From the human T2T-CHM13v2.0 reference genome, Homo sapiens: a stretch of DNA of 64,000 nucleotides. The notes below the pieces were generated by a model, which did not search any database, was not told where the DNA came from, and saw only the letters and a list, made by a program, of their open reading frames with translations. Positions 38,807-54,796 of this stretch are shown here, piece by piece. A program made the translations under genes and the position numbers. The stretch lies in NCBI RefSeq assembly GCF_009914755.1, contig NC_060938.1; one strand, 5' to 3'. The stretch's first letter is position 1; every line of letters begins with the position of its first letter.

Positions 38807-39733
38807 TGATGAAACTGTGTTCTGTAGAAAGAATCTCAGATAAGACTTCTTTAAAGCTGAGCCCAGCCGTGGATTTGTGCTATCAAATACCTATGAATTG
38901 AGTTAACCTCTCCTCTTGAGGTTCCAAGGTAAACTTGGGGCTCCTGGGCCTGTCAGAAAGTGACATTCTTTACCTACCACAGATCAGGAACCCTGTACAG
39001 GGGCTGTGTAGATAAAGGTAAGAGGCCAATTTTTCCAAGGGGCTATCTTGGTTCCAGAAGTCAAGTTTGATTCCAAGGGAAAGCACACCATTCCAGTCAA
39101 AGTCTTGATAAAATAACCAGTTTCTCCAATTGTGTCCTGTTACAAATGGAAACAGATTCTTACTGCACTTACGTAAATAGCTGTATTGTTATAAGTTACA
39201 AATACTCACAAATAATTTCCAAATTCTGGAGAAATTAGGCAGAGAGACACAAATATGCCCCAAGTTTTGTTCATGGGAGTATACTTTAGTCAATTGCTAA
39301 AAGCTGTAAATAGCTTAAAAGAAAAGTTTTCTTGACTCTGAAAAACAAAAAAAAGGATCAGCAACGTTTTAAGCAAAAAGTTAAAAATATTACTTTAGTC
39401 TTCTATCAGTTTAGTTTATGCAGTTAATCCTGTTCTGCTTGATATTCGTGAACACTTCAGCTCTCCATGAGAGTCCTGAAAGTTTTTTCCTCTATTCTAA
39501 GGTTACAATCTCCAAAGTTATCAGAAACCTGCATTTAAGAACACCTGTTAGAGTTCTATAGCTGATTATAAAACCACCTTCTAAGGAGGACCAAAACAAG
39601 ACAACAATTGTCTGTGGATGATGAAAGGTTTTAGGGCAGCCATAAAGAAACAATTGACAAGGAAATTTGTTATCTCTGTGGCATATGATAATTTAACATA
39701 ACAATTATAATTATTACTGATAATGTACACTAA

Positions 39734-40150
<417 letters not shown>

Positions 40151-40958
40151 TGATCCGCTGGCCTTGGCTTCCCAAAGTGCTGGGATTACAGGTGTGAGCC
40201 ACTGTGCCAGGCCCAACAATATCTTAAAGGATTAATTAGGTCAGAAAAAGACATAATTTATAGTTTGATTTTGGAAAGTTTGTCAAATATCAAAGGTTTA
40301 AAACACTTGATATCACAAAATAGAATTAATAGGTCATTGTGAAATAAGTTACTCATTTAACCAAAGTGATAACTCAAGGATTTCCCCAAAAAAGGTGAAA
40401 ACCTTCATTCTTTGAGAGAGGAGACTTAATTTTCCAAACAATAAGCCCTAATAAAAACAGCATGAAGCCAATTAAATTCATTTTTCAAAATTTTATAAAC
40501 AATCTATAACATTTTAATCTTGACCATAAGATATAACTTTCATAAGCCTTTCATAACCTTTATAACCTTTAGGAGTTGGTTAATGCTTCAAGAAAACCTT
40601 GTTAATCTGACACAGGGGCCCATATGCTGGTCTTGCATCAGTGTGCCTTTGACATTAATGATTAACATGTAGAGAAACAGAACTTGTTTTATCTCTTAAA
40701 ATTGGCCCTCACAATCTCACATGCCCATCTCTTCTGTGATAGTCCCTGGGCCTTGAGGAGTTTAATAGCTTTAATTTCTGGCCCTGTGTTTCAGGAATAC
40801 AGTTTATTTTGATTGGCATCTTCTACCAGGCCTGAAGATGGGGGGCTTTAATGGCTGTCAGTGTTTAAAAAATTAGCAGGACTTTGATGTCCTTTTTAGA
40901 CCAAGGCATCAAAGCCCTGTAACTCAATGTCACAAGTACTTTAAAAGAGCATAAAGAG

Positions 40959-41416
40959 TGTGAAAGGAAATATCTTGGGCCCCCAAAATCACTAAGGAAA
41001 TCTCAAGCTGGAAACTGCTTAGGGCAAACCTGCCTTCCATTCTATTTAGTCACTCCTCTGCTCACTGAGATAGATACATATCTAATTTGCCTCCTTTGGA
41101 AAGGCTAATCAGAAACTCAAAAGAATGTAACCGTTTGTTTACTATCTATTTGTGACCTGGAAGCTCCCTCCCCACTTAGAGTCTTCCTGCCTTTGTTTTA
41201 AGTTGTTCCACCTTTCCAGACTGAACCAATGTACTTCTTACATATATTGATTGATGTCTCATGTCTCCCTAAATGTATAAAACCAAGCTGTTCCCTGACC
41301 ACTTTGGGTACATGTCATCAGGACTTCCTGAGGCTGTGTCATGGGCTCGTCCTCAAACTTGGCAAAATAAACTTTCTAAATTAACTGAGACCTGTCTGAG
41401 ATTTTCTGGGTTCACA
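40959..41416 (+). mobile_element. Solo MER4A-like LTR nested in opposite orientation
   Basis: TGTGAAAGG...GGTTCACA, homologous to the flanking LTRs but inverted; TSD AGAG (40955-58, 41417-20). Confidence 0.85.
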
Positions 41417-42065
41417 AGAGAGATACACAGATGTAGTAACCTTAATTTAAAAAAAGTTTTAATCTTTTTTTCCTAAGCAAACCAAAACTTAATAATAATA
41501 TGACAACTTGATCATATAAAAGTTTTTGGTTTTGTTTGTTTTATAAATCCGCTTATTGTGACTTACATAGACCTTTTGTGACATGCTTGGACTTTCCAGT
41601 TTGTCTTGAACATCCCTCCTTCTTAAATAACCAGTCATGTCATTTTACTCTAGGACTAAATTTACCACACAATATTCTTTTTCATATGAAATTATTTCTC
41701 TTTAAGCTTTCTTACAAAAAAAATCTTTATTTTTATAACTTTCTTTACATCTCTTTTATTTCCTGGTTCCTTTTACCTTGTTTTATACATGATCTTTAAA
41801 TAAGCTTTGAATTAGACAAAAATTTTTCACTTTTTTTTAAAGGACACACTTTTTTTTTTAGAAAGAACGTTTTCCTACAATTATATTTTTATTAGAAAAT
41901 ACCCAAATAATGAAATATCTATTATCTAATTTAATATAACTTTAGATTCTAAATTATGATGAATGTGTCTACAAGTATTTATTCTATTACATTTACCTAA
42001 TTATTTTATTTTCATTGTTTACCTAGATTATTTATGAAAACTGTGATAGTCATCATTTAAAATTA

Positions 42066-42295
42066 TGGAACCACCATTGCAAAATTATAACTGAGACAGT
42101 GAAAAAGATTTAACTTAACTGGCCCCATCTTGCTTTTAACCTTCAAACTGTCCTTGTTCATTCCTGGGCATAGGCCAAACAAATTTTGAGAGGAACTTAG
42201 TTTATAGTTTAGCTTTGAAACAAAGACGATAACAAACCTTACTTCCTGTGGACTAGACCACCTAAAGCCACAAAATTAAAGTTATGGTAATCTTA
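42066..42295 (+). mobile_element. LTR8-like 5' fragment within the MER4 internal region
   Basis: CCACCATTGCAAAATTATAACTGAGACAGTGAAA...CCATCTTGC...TGTCCTTGTTCATTCCTGGGC resembles the recalled LTR8 start. Confidence 0.55.
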
Positions 42296-43169
42296 CTAAA
42301 TTTAAGGTTTAGCTATTTTTATTAAACCAATATCAATGTCTTATTTATTAAAGATTACACAAGCAGAGATCATTCTGTTTTGGTCTGAGTTTATAGTTTT
42401 CTAATCCCTATGCCAAATTTTGACACCTTATAGTGTTTGGCAGTAATAAGTATGAAATTGCTTGATTAATAAATGCAAACAAAAATGTATGCTGGCAATT
42501 CTTAAGACATTTCTAATATTACTTTACCAATAATTTTAAAGCTAGCTTATTTATTAAATATTTTACTTAAGTTACATGAACTTGAAAAAGGATTTGACTA
42601 GTCTTCCTTTTTCTGATAAAGTATTTGATGATTTAAGTGCTTTTCTTTTTCTTTAAGCCAATTAATTAGAGCTCTTTTATATATTTTCAGTAGTGAAACA
42701 TTGTGTACACAACACATAAATGCATTGACATATTAGTCATGCCAATAGAAGTACATCTTATAGATTCATAAAGACCTTTTTTCTTTCCTATCTTAGACTT
42801 CCAGATTCTTGATAACCTGTTTCACAACACTAGGCAGTTCTCAGCTAAATAGCCTTAAATTTTCATATTAAAGGAAACAACTCAGGTGAAAAGTCAAATA
42901 GCAAAATTTACACCATAAGGTACAAAGAGAAAAAGTCTGATGGTTCTAGAGGGAGATTGAAGATGGATGTCAAATCAAACACAAAATTACAGAAATCTAT
43001 CATAGGATTGTATAAGGAGACAAATTTTATTTAGATAGGGACTACCTATCTTTTTTTTTGAGACGGAGTTTTGCTCTTGTTGCCCAGGCTGAAGTGCAAT
43101 GGTGCGATCTAGGCTCACTGCAACCTCCTCCTCCCAGGTTCAAGTGATTCTCCTGCCTCAGCCCCCTGA

Positions 43170-43394
<225 letters not shown>

Positions 43395-45255
43395 TGAATC
43401 CTGGGTCTCCAAAAAGGGAGAATTATTTTGAGGTTAAACCATGTGATGCTTTTATAGTGCACTTAAAAATTTTGTTGTTGTTGTTTTTTGTTTTTTAATA
43501 AAGACATTTCTAAGTGTCTAAGCTACATTCTTCCTTAAAAATCCCAGAGTGGCCTCTGTTGCAATAGCTATTAATGAAGAAAACAGAATTCAGTCAACTG
43601 AGAAGAAAAAACTTGCAAAAAAAAAAAAAAAAAAAAAAAAAGACAAGGTTTTGGGTGAGAAAAAAACAAAACAAAAACATGAAGGCCTTTTAAATACAAA
43701 CACACCTTGGATGTTAGCTTTTAATTAAGCTGACTTTTAACCATTGAGCTCATTTTAAAAAATCTTTTAAAATCTCATTACTATATTTCATCTAGGACAA
43801 ATTGCTGCTATTTCAGAAGTACCAAGTATCAAACCAGAAAGGGTTTGATTTAGGAACCAAACCTAGGCTGTTGTGATAGGGAAAAAAAGAAGGCAGAACT
43901 TTAGCTATTGAACTACAGGGTGAGGTGACAGCCATTGCTTTCAGTTGGCAGCTAGCAAAAAGGTGGCCTTGTTATGAAAATAAAGCCCCTTTAGTAATCA
44001 AAATAAAAAAATGTTCCCTTCTCTTTTTTTTTTCTTTTGCTGGCCATTTTTCTCCTACACCACCCTTTTTTGTGTGTGGGAATTTAACCACTTCAGAGGA
44101 CTTATTCCCCATAATTTGGAACTTTCCTTTGGATTTGATCAAGTTGGATAGAATTGATGAAACCCAACAGGAAAAAGACTGAAACAACAATAAAAACAGA
44201 AATAAACAATGGCACAACTTATATGATCACTGAGCACTCTAATGGTAAGCAGAAATTAAAACCAGCTTTTTGTTAACTTTAGCCAAGACAAAACCTCAAT
44301 TCAGCTACATACCTAGGGATGGGTCTCAGGCTGAAAACAACTCTCTACCATCCTAGAAGCAGGAAAAACAAACAAACAAACAAACAAACAAAAAACAAAA
44401 CAAAAAAAAACCTCATTTTCCCTATTGGAAGTGAGCTCAAACTCCATAAAGGAGTTACCTGCTTTCCATCGTCATGGAAGCAGAAAAACTTGCCTTTCTT
44501 GTTGAAAGCAAGTAAAACTCCAAAAAAAAAAAAAAAAAAAAAAAAAAGAGGGGATGTACAGCAAAATAAGCTTTAGATCTTGACCAAATTTTGGGACATC
44601 AGGGATTCTCTGGAGGGGATATTCCCAGACCTCAGCAAATTGTCCTGTTGGTTTGAGCCATAAAGTTAGCTCATGCTGGTACCAGGCACTGATAGGAGAT
44701 TTGTCAAAGGTCAGGGGCATCTCCATTGAGAATCCTTTTGTGGTTAACAAAATGTAAACCCAGAAAATTTGAGACAGGTCTCAGTTAATTTGTAAAGTTT
44801 ATTTTGCCAAGGTTGAGGGCGCGTACCCAAGACACAGCCTCAGGAGGTCCTGACGACATGTGTCCAGGATGGTCAGAGCACAGTTTGGTTTTATACATTC
44901 TAGGGATACGTGAGACATCAATCAACATATGTAAAATGAACATCGGTTTGGTCTGGAAAGGAGGGACAACTCGAAGCAGGGAGGGGGCTTCCAAGTCACA
45001 GGTAGGTGAGAGAAAAACAGCTGCATTCTTTTGAGTTTCTGTTTAGCCTTTTCAAAGAGGCAACCAGATATGCATTTATCTTAATGAGGAGAGGTATGAC
45101 TTTGAATAGAATGGGAGGCAGGTTTGCCCTAAACAGTTCCCAGCTTGAATTTTCCCTTTAGCTTAGTGATTTTGGGGGCCCAAAATGTTTCCTTTCACAG
45201 TAGCAACTATTAGATTTAAAAAAATTGTAATTTCCTATTTACTTTTTTCTTGTAA

Positions 45256-45441
<186 letters not shown>

Positions 45442-45625
45442 TAGTAGAGCTGAGATCTGATTATGTTGCTCTTGGTCTCAAACTCCTTGCCTCAATAAAT
45501 CCTCCTGCCTTGGCCTCCCAAAATGCTGGGATTACAGGTGTGAGCCTCTGTGCCCAGCTTTGTTTTATTTTTGTACCTAATATTTACTCATAGTTTTATA
45601 TTCTTTTTATTAAAAAGAGTTCCCT

Positions 45626-46350
45626 AGCCTTTCAGAAGGAACTGCCGTCTTCCAGTTATTCTCCAAAATGAGGAACACTAAGGGAAAGAGGAGGGACACC
45701 AATATATGTTCTCTAGGCCTTTTAGAAAACATGGAGTTGTTCCTTTGGCCACAACCATGCAAATCTACAAGAAAGGTTATGTTGCAGACATCAAGGGAAT
45801 GGGAACTGTTCAAAAATGCCCCACACATGTTATCATGGTATTAGGGACTGAAATGGGATATAAGTTGAAAAGAAACTAAGGGATTTTTGAAATTAAATGT
45901 TAGGCAATTTTTAAAAATAAAAGAGGGCCAATAAGCCCAGGCCTTACACCTGCACTGTGGTGAGGTGCTCAAGATTGCAGAGGCAAACCTGTGCAAAGCT
46001 TCTGCCAACTCAAGGCATTCACTGAATGCCCCACACATGTTACCACGGCAAAACTGGAAGAGCCTATCAACAGTGTTCTTGGACACAAACAAATTAAAGG
46101 CAAGATTCTTGCTGAGAGAATTAATGTGTTTATTGAGCATATTAAGCAGTCTAAGGGCCAAGATAACTTCCTGAAGCATGTAAAGGAAAAGGATCAGAAA
46201 AAGAAGGAAGCAAAAGAGAAAAGTACCTGAAGTGCCAGCCTTCTCCACTTTGTGAAGCTCACTTTGTGAGAACCAATGGAAAGAAGCCTAAGTTGCTTGG
46301 AACCTATTCCCTACGAATTCATAGCATAATAGCCGTTAAAAAAAAAAAAA
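45626..46350 (+). pseudogene. RPL21 processed pseudogene, interrupted by an inverted templated insert
   Basis: ATG at 45668 MRNTKGKRR..., later [24 protein letters not shown]...[17 protein letters not shown]; intronless, frameshifted, poly(A) at 46338-46350. Confidence 0.92.
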
Positions 46351-47038
46351 GGGGGGGAGCCCCCTAAATTGAATAGACTTCAGGCCCTACAATATCCAGA
46401 TCTACTTCTGATGATGTTTTATTTCATAAGCTGGGCAGTAAGTCATGCTGAGTATTCTTTAAATGATTCTCTATATTATTTGGTTTACTCCAAACAGAAA
46501 ATAGCAAAACATTTTGTCTAAGAGGCATTTCTTTATCTGTCCTTGTCCTGATGTTGGATGCCTATGACTTCACCGATTGCTGTAAGCCCTTGAGTTGGCA
46601 GAAGCTTTGCACAGCTTTGCCCCCTGCCATCCTGAGCACCTCACCACAGTGCAGGCGTAAGGCCTGGGCTTATTGGCCCTCTTTTATTTAAAAAAATTTC
46701 CCAACATTTAATTGCAAAAATCCCTTAGCTTCATTTCTACTTTACTCTATTTCAGTCCCCAATGCCAAGTTCGTTCTTTTTGTAAGTATCTTCTGAAGGA
46801 GTGACTCACCATTTACTTCTATTGGAATCCAAATTTTGCAATACTCACGAAGTTGCAAATAATTAAATTAGGATATCTTAGAATCTCATAACCAGGGAGA
46901 GATTACTGTAAACTCAACCATATTCACCACTATTTATTGCATGTCTGCTTCATGCAAACCTTGGTTCCATGTGCTGGGGGAACACAAATGTAGAGCTTAT
47001 TTCTGTCCCTGAGCTGATGAGATAAGAAGTTGCCTAGA

Positions 47039-47359
<321 letters not shown>

Positions 47360-47822
47360 CTAAGTTATAAGTCAAACCGCTGTGACTGCTGTACAGAAAA
47401 GGCAAATATAGTGTATGGGAGCAAGAGAAGTGAATGATTGATTAGGATAGGTGAAAGCTGCAGAGAGGAGATATATTTAAGTTGGACCTTAAACACAATA
47501 AAAGATTTCTTCAGCTGAAAAAAAATTCCATTTATGTTAGAAAGTTTTTAAAAAAGTGAATATGGCAATTTATAAAAAATTTTCATTTTGAAATGTTACG
47601 CTTCTTGATTTTCCATGACAGAAAGTGTGTGTACACACGTGTTTGTGTGTATGTCTGCATGTGTACTTCCATTGCATTTTAATCTGAACATTTTCAAACA
47701 TTTGTAATAGTTTAAAGAATTTTACAGGCTGAGTGTGGTGGCTCACACTTGTAATCTCAGCACTTTGGGAGGCCAAGGCCAGCATACGACTTGAGGCCAG
47801 GAATTCGAGACCAGCCTGGTTA

Positions 47823-48062
<240 letters not shown>

Positions 48063-48686
48063 CTACATTAACATTTTACTATACCAGTTTTATCACATAT
48101 ATAAAACAAATATAGTGAAATGCCTGTTTTACTTCCTTCTATCAATCTACTTTATTTTATTAACATACTTCAAACTAAATTACAGACATCGGTACCCTTC
48201 CCCTTTAAAAACTTCAGCATGTATATATATCATTCATTAACTAGAGTTCAATATTTATTTAGTTTTTTTTCCTTTGGATGTAAAATTTGTATACAGTGAA
48301 AGGCACAAGTCTTAAGTATATATTTGCTGTTTTGACAAAGGCATAGACTCATGTAACCCAAAGTCCTGTTGAGAGATAGAACATTTCCATCACCTCAGAA
48401 AGCCACTCAGTGGAGGTGTGTTTTTGAAGTATATGTGTACACAGATCCCAGCCATTGTAGACTAATGGAGTGATTAGAGGTAAACAGAATTAAGCTGGGA
48501 GAAGGTAAAGTTTCTAAGGACAGAAGGATTAGTAGATGGCCAGCATCCTAGGCCCTGAGAGGATATTAATAACTTGCTGTGGACAGTAAGCAGGTTAGCT
48601 TGGCTACAGCTGAGTGAAAGGCATGGGATACTAAGTAAAACATTACTGTCCTCTAATCCTTTTCAATACTACATACACCAGGGTTA

Positions 48687-49050
<364 letters not shown>

Positions 49051-50055
49051 GCTGTGAGTTAAGAGTAAGGGTTGCTGATCCCTTGAAAAATCAACGGAAG
49101 TTACATACTAGCAGCAAAAATTCTTTTTCTTTGAGAAAGACAGTGTGTTTATTTTAGCTTTTAAAATCAAGAAAAAGGAACAACAAGTCATTATTATTGG
49201 TTAAAACAAATACAAAAAAATGTGCTTCCATTTTGGTTTGCTGTTTGGGGTCAGGGCATGGGAAGAGGCAGCAAGTTCCTCATGGCTGGAAAAGGAAATA
49301 ACTGTGGTGCTGTACGGGCTCCTTAGGGAAGTTGGGCAGGGCTTGCAGTAGAAAGATGGAATCTGTCATCTCCCACCTGTCTCATCTGGCTTCCAAAATA
49401 TGTGATTTGAAGAATAGGGAAGAGGAGAAGGAGGAAGGGAGGAAGAGAAAGAGAAGTTTACAGTTTTCCCTCTCACTCTATTTTGTAAGAGGCTCCATTC
49501 TTAGTAGGGTATCCAGGACAGGGATAACCAGGAGACCAGTACAGTATGAGCTGCTAGATGATTTATGACCAAAGGTCAAATCAGCAAGCAGCTTCCCAGC
49601 TCTGCTTCATAGCATGTGATCTCCACACATCCCTGCCTCAGTGTTAGCCCTGGGAGGATGGCTGATCCGGGAACCTGACCTGTGATTGATTCACTCACGG
49701 TGAGGCTAGAAGAGGATCCTTCTCAAAGGTGTTGCAAGTGATGAGTGCTCTGTCATCACTGAACTTCAGGCCTATTCCTACACTGGTTCCTCTGGTGTTT
49801 TCATCTCTTTCTCTCTGTGACTTATGCCTATATCTGTCCCAGATTGAAAATCCCTAAAGAGCAGGTATCCTATTGGTCCCTGGCTTTTTTGATGTTGATT
49901 ACAATGATGAAGTGGGTGATGATTATGGCTTTGCTTATGTGCCAAAGCATGTTTAAGAATGTCTCGATACCAGTTTGAGAAATAGCTTTATTTGTGATAC
50001 TGCAATGATTAATTTAACAAAGATAAACATGTAAGTTGTTGCAAAATGATACGGT

Positions 50056-50569
50056 TTTCAACAGAAATTAAGGCCATTGGGGCAGAGATAAATTGATAAA
50101 AGTTTATTGGAAGCCAAATGTGAGAATTTATCCAGTAAGATACACCAACAAAGTTGGGCATGTTCCAACATCTGTTACAAGTTGGAATGCTTTTATAAGA
50201 CTGTTTAGGAGAAGGAAGGGGGACTCCTCATATCGGAGTTATCCTTTTCCATTGGAGGGTACAATACAGAGGTTACAATCATTGCCTATGGATGACAGCG
50301 TACAGGCTAAAATGTTTTATGCACAAGACAATCAGTAAAAACAAATCAGCAGAGCTTTATGATTTAGAAAGAAAACAATGTCCCTTTCAATGTCAGTATT
50401 AATCAGTAACCTGACAATTAATAAATACATAGTTTGAGGAACTCGCAATAGAATTTGAGTGCCTCACGATAAGATTCTTTACTCAGAGACAGGATGTAAG
50501 CCATCAGTCTTAAGACCTTTTCCAAGCAGTTCATTTGGAAGCCTGTGAAATGTGTCCTGCAGGTTATCA
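50056..50569 (-). mobile_element. Solo LTR of the same (MER31-like) family
   Basis: Clear homology to 36152-36648 over its length. Confidence 0.65.
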
Positions 50570-50618
50570 GGGTCTTTTTGCTGAAAAGTTTATTTATTTT
50601 TTCTTTTCTTTTTTTTAG

Positions 50619-50762
<144 letters not shown>

Positions 50763-50765
50763 TAA

Positions 50766-50948
<183 letters not shown>

Positions 50949-51972
50949 TAATTATTTATTCTTTTTTTACAGCTGTATACTATCTATTATGTGGCTTTAC
51001 TATTGATGGACATTTAGGAGGTTTCCAAACTTCTGCTATAATATACAATGCTATAATGGTAACCTTATAAATACATGGAAGTCGAATGTTTAGGTGAATG
51101 AGTGCATGCACAGCTTTACTAGACATTACAACACTTCTCTCTATGGAGGCTTTAACAATGGACTCTCCCACGAGCAATGCATCAGCATTATTTCTTCACA
51201 TGCTTGCCAGTGGATCATACTACAATCTTTTTGACCTTTGGCAATCTGATAAGTGAAAAGTGGCTCCCAGTATAATTTTAATTTGCATCTCTCATATGAG
51301 TGAGGGTGAAGAGCCACTTGTATTTCCTTTTTTGTAAACTGCTATTTCAATTGGGTTGTTATTCCTTTTCTTACTGATTTGTAAGAGTTCTTTATCTACT
51401 AAATCAATTAGTCTCTTGTCTTCAAAGCCTGTTATGAATATTTCCCCCCAGTTTCTCATTTATCTTGCCTTGTGTATGATGGTTTTTGTCATGCTCATTT
51501 TTTAAGTTTTAGTTTTCAGTTTCCTGTCTTACTAGAAAGGTCTTACCACTCTAAAAATGTGTCCAGTGGTTCTTCTTAATACTTCAGTGGTTTCATTTCT
51601 CATACTTACGTCTTTGAGGTATTCGAATTTTGGAAGGATCAAGTTTGCTTTTTCCCAGCTGGATACCTAGGTGCCACAATACTTTGTTAATTAAATCATC
51701 TGTCCCTTCCACTGATTTGAAATGGCATTTTCATCATATCTAAATGCCCATGTGTATTTGGGTCTATTTCTTGCCTTTCCATTCTGTTCTATTGATTTGT
51801 CTGCCTATTCACCTACCTGTACTTAGTAGTATGGTTTAGCATTTTGGTACAACTTATCAATGATATGATGGTGGCCTTTGGATTATAATATTTAACATTT
51901 TATTTTAGCAAAGTGTTTGTGTATTTTCATAATTCTAGATGCCTTATGGTCCTTCTAATATCTTCTCTCCAG

Positions 51973-52027
51973 AGGACTGTATGCTGTTCTTAAGGACTCT
52001 CTGCTTCCTGGACAAGCTCAAGCTAAG
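51973..52027 (+). other. RDH12: Putative RDH12 non-coding exon 2, 55 nt
   Basis: Acceptor TCTTCTCTCCAG and donor AAG|GTGAGT; consistent with recalled RDH12 5'UTR. Confidence 0.7.
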
Positions 52028-53539
52028 GTGAGTACCATCTTCTTAAATGCAAGGATCTTAGATTTGAGTCAAGAAGTGTCTGCTGGGAATGATCTGATCA
52101 CTCCTTGTTCTGTTGGTCAGGTCCATGGGTTTCCCCAGGGGCAGAAACTGTGTCTTCCTAGTATGTTGCACAATTCCTGGTGCAGAGAAACACTCAGTAA
52201 ATGTGTGTTGAGGATGAACTGATGAATGAGGACATGAACACCTGCCTGCCACAGAAGTCTTTCATGCATGGGTGTTCCTGGAGGCTCCTCTGGCTTCACA
52301 GGAAGGGACAGAACTGGGAAATTATTCCTGGGGTCCTGTCCCAGCTCCTTGTCTATTCTTCTGTCCAAGAGAGGAACACAGAGCGAGGAAGGGCAATGAA
52401 TCCCACTTACCCTTCTCCCATCTCACACACATCCAGAGGCACGATCCTAGCTCACTTCAACCTTGACCTCTGAGCTCAAGTGATCCTCCCTACTCAGCCT
52501 CCCGAGTAGCTAGGATTACAGGCACGCACCACCACACCCAGATAATTTTTTGTAGAGACAGGGTCTCACTAAGTTGCCTAAGCTCAGTCTTGAACTTCTG
52601 GCCTCAAGGGATCCCCCTACCTTGGGCTCTTTACCAGCATTTTCTTGTATTTCTCCTCATCTTCAATAGCATTCAACTGAAACATCACCCACGTTCATCA
52701 TCTCTCCCTTTTCTACACCATGGCCTTGAGTAAAGCAAGTGAGATAGCAAGGGAGATACGAATCAGAACAGCTAACCATAACAGCTGACTCTTATATACT
52801 GTTTAGCATATGCCAGTTTCGTTTTCCACCAATGTAATAATTGAACACTTAGAACAAGTGGGGATATATATATATATATATGTATAACACATATATATAT
52901 AAAACCATATATTATATATATAATCATACCCATTGTACAAGTGAGAAAACTGAGTTAACAGAGAGGTTTAGTAACTTGCCCAGGGCCGTGGAGCTTTTAA
53001 ATAGATTCAGCGCTAGAGTCCATGCACTTAAACACCATACCTTTCCTTGTAATATGCATGTGCGTGTGTTAACTTCATTGAAGTAAAATATAAAATGCAG
53101 AAAAGTGCACAAGTCGAAAGCATACGACTCAGCAGATTTTCATAAAGTGAGCACACCCATGTACTAGCACCCAGATGAAAGAGCAGAGCACTCTCAGCCC
53201 TCCAGGAGTTCCAGTCATCTCCCTCCCCAGTCACTGCCCCCTCCTCCCTAAGGTTAACTGCTCTTCTGACGTCTCTCTCCATTCTTCTGGGAGTTTCCTT
53301 CCCATCCTATTTTAATCCACTCATATTTTAAGCATCATGGGGTTTGTGGCTAAAGTTAGAAATATTCTATATATTCCATCTTGCAGTAGAGGTGGCAGTG
53401 GTTGGGAGAACACATTTCCTAGAGAAGAGAAACAATTGAGGATGGGGGGTTTAGGGGGTACTTGCTTTAGTTTCCCCACATTCTCTTTGCCAGTAAACCT
53501 AAGTAAGCTTCAAACCTTGACTCCATCCCCTCCCCACCA

Positions 53540-53590
53540 GGACTACATCTCCCAGCAGGCTGTGCTCTGACAGCTCTTGGATTTAAATAG
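53540..53590 (+). promoter_or_regulatory. Candidate proximal RDH12 promoter: ZNF143-type motif plus TATA-like TTTAAATA
   Basis: GGACTACATCTCCCAGCAGG at 53540-53559; TTTAAATA at 53582-53589; TAATCC (CRX/OTX-type) at 53313. Confidence 0.5.
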
Positions 53591-53759
53591 GATTCTGGGC
53601 TCTGCTCAGAGTCAGGCTGCTGCTCAGCACCCAGGACGGAGAGGAGCAGAGAAGCAGCAGAAGCAGCCAAGAGCTGGAGCCAGACCAGGAACCTGAGCCA
53701 GAGCTGGGGTTGAAGCTGGAGCAGCAGCAAAAGCAACAGCAGCTACAGAAGTTGGAACG

Positions 53760-53827
53760 ATGCTGGTCACCTTGGGACTGCTCACCTCCTTCTTCTCGTT
53801 CCTGTATATGGTAGCTCCATCCATCAG
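53760..53827 (+). CDS. RDH12: RDH12 first coding exon (exon from 53541), 68 coding nt
   Basis: MLVTLGLLTSFFSFLYMVAPSI; donor CAG|GTTTGT; paralogous to RDH11 exon 1. Confidence 0.93.
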
Positions 53828-54493
53828 GTTTGTCTTAATTCAGCAACTCAAACAATCGTTTACAAAGACCTGCACTGGAAGCCGGTTCTCAGCTGCTGAA
53901 AGAAGAGAAAGGGAAGGAGGCTGACAGAGGAGAAAGTCAGGGCAGGAAAAGCAGGAAGGAAGGGGGTGTTGTGGATACCATGGTGGAAAACCAGAAGGAA
54001 GCATCTGCGGCCGGGCAGAGGTGGGGCTGAGTTCTGGCCCCACCTGAGCTCTGGGGAGAGTTCTACTGCCAGCGGAAGGCTGCATGGATGACTCTGTCAA
54101 GTAGCTCAACAAACACCTTAGGTGGGAGTCCTTGCGTTTTCATTTTATTCCTTTGGGTGTCTCTGAAGAACTCGGAGACTCTGTCCCTATTCAGGGTGGC
54201 CCTGCTGGCTTGTCATGCTGTTAAGTACCAGGTAGTTTGGGAAAGAAACAAACTCTTCTGCCTTTGAGACTACCCTCAATTAATGTTTTGGGATGGCTTT
54301 TTTGCTGTGGGATTTCTAGAGGTGTCAAATAAAAGTGTGTTCTGAGTGGAGAATTTTTAAATTTCTCTTTTTTAATTTTTGCTCTGTCACCCCAGGGTGG
54401 AGTGCATTGGTGTAGTCATAGGTCACTGCAGCCTTGAACTCTTGGGCTCAAGCAACCCTCCTGCCTCAGCCTCCCAAGTAGTTGGGAATATAG

Positions 54494-54796
<303 letters not shown>

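Noticed and set aside
45841-46248. 135-aa minus-strand ORF
   Set aside because: Antisense to the RPL21 pseudogene and its insert
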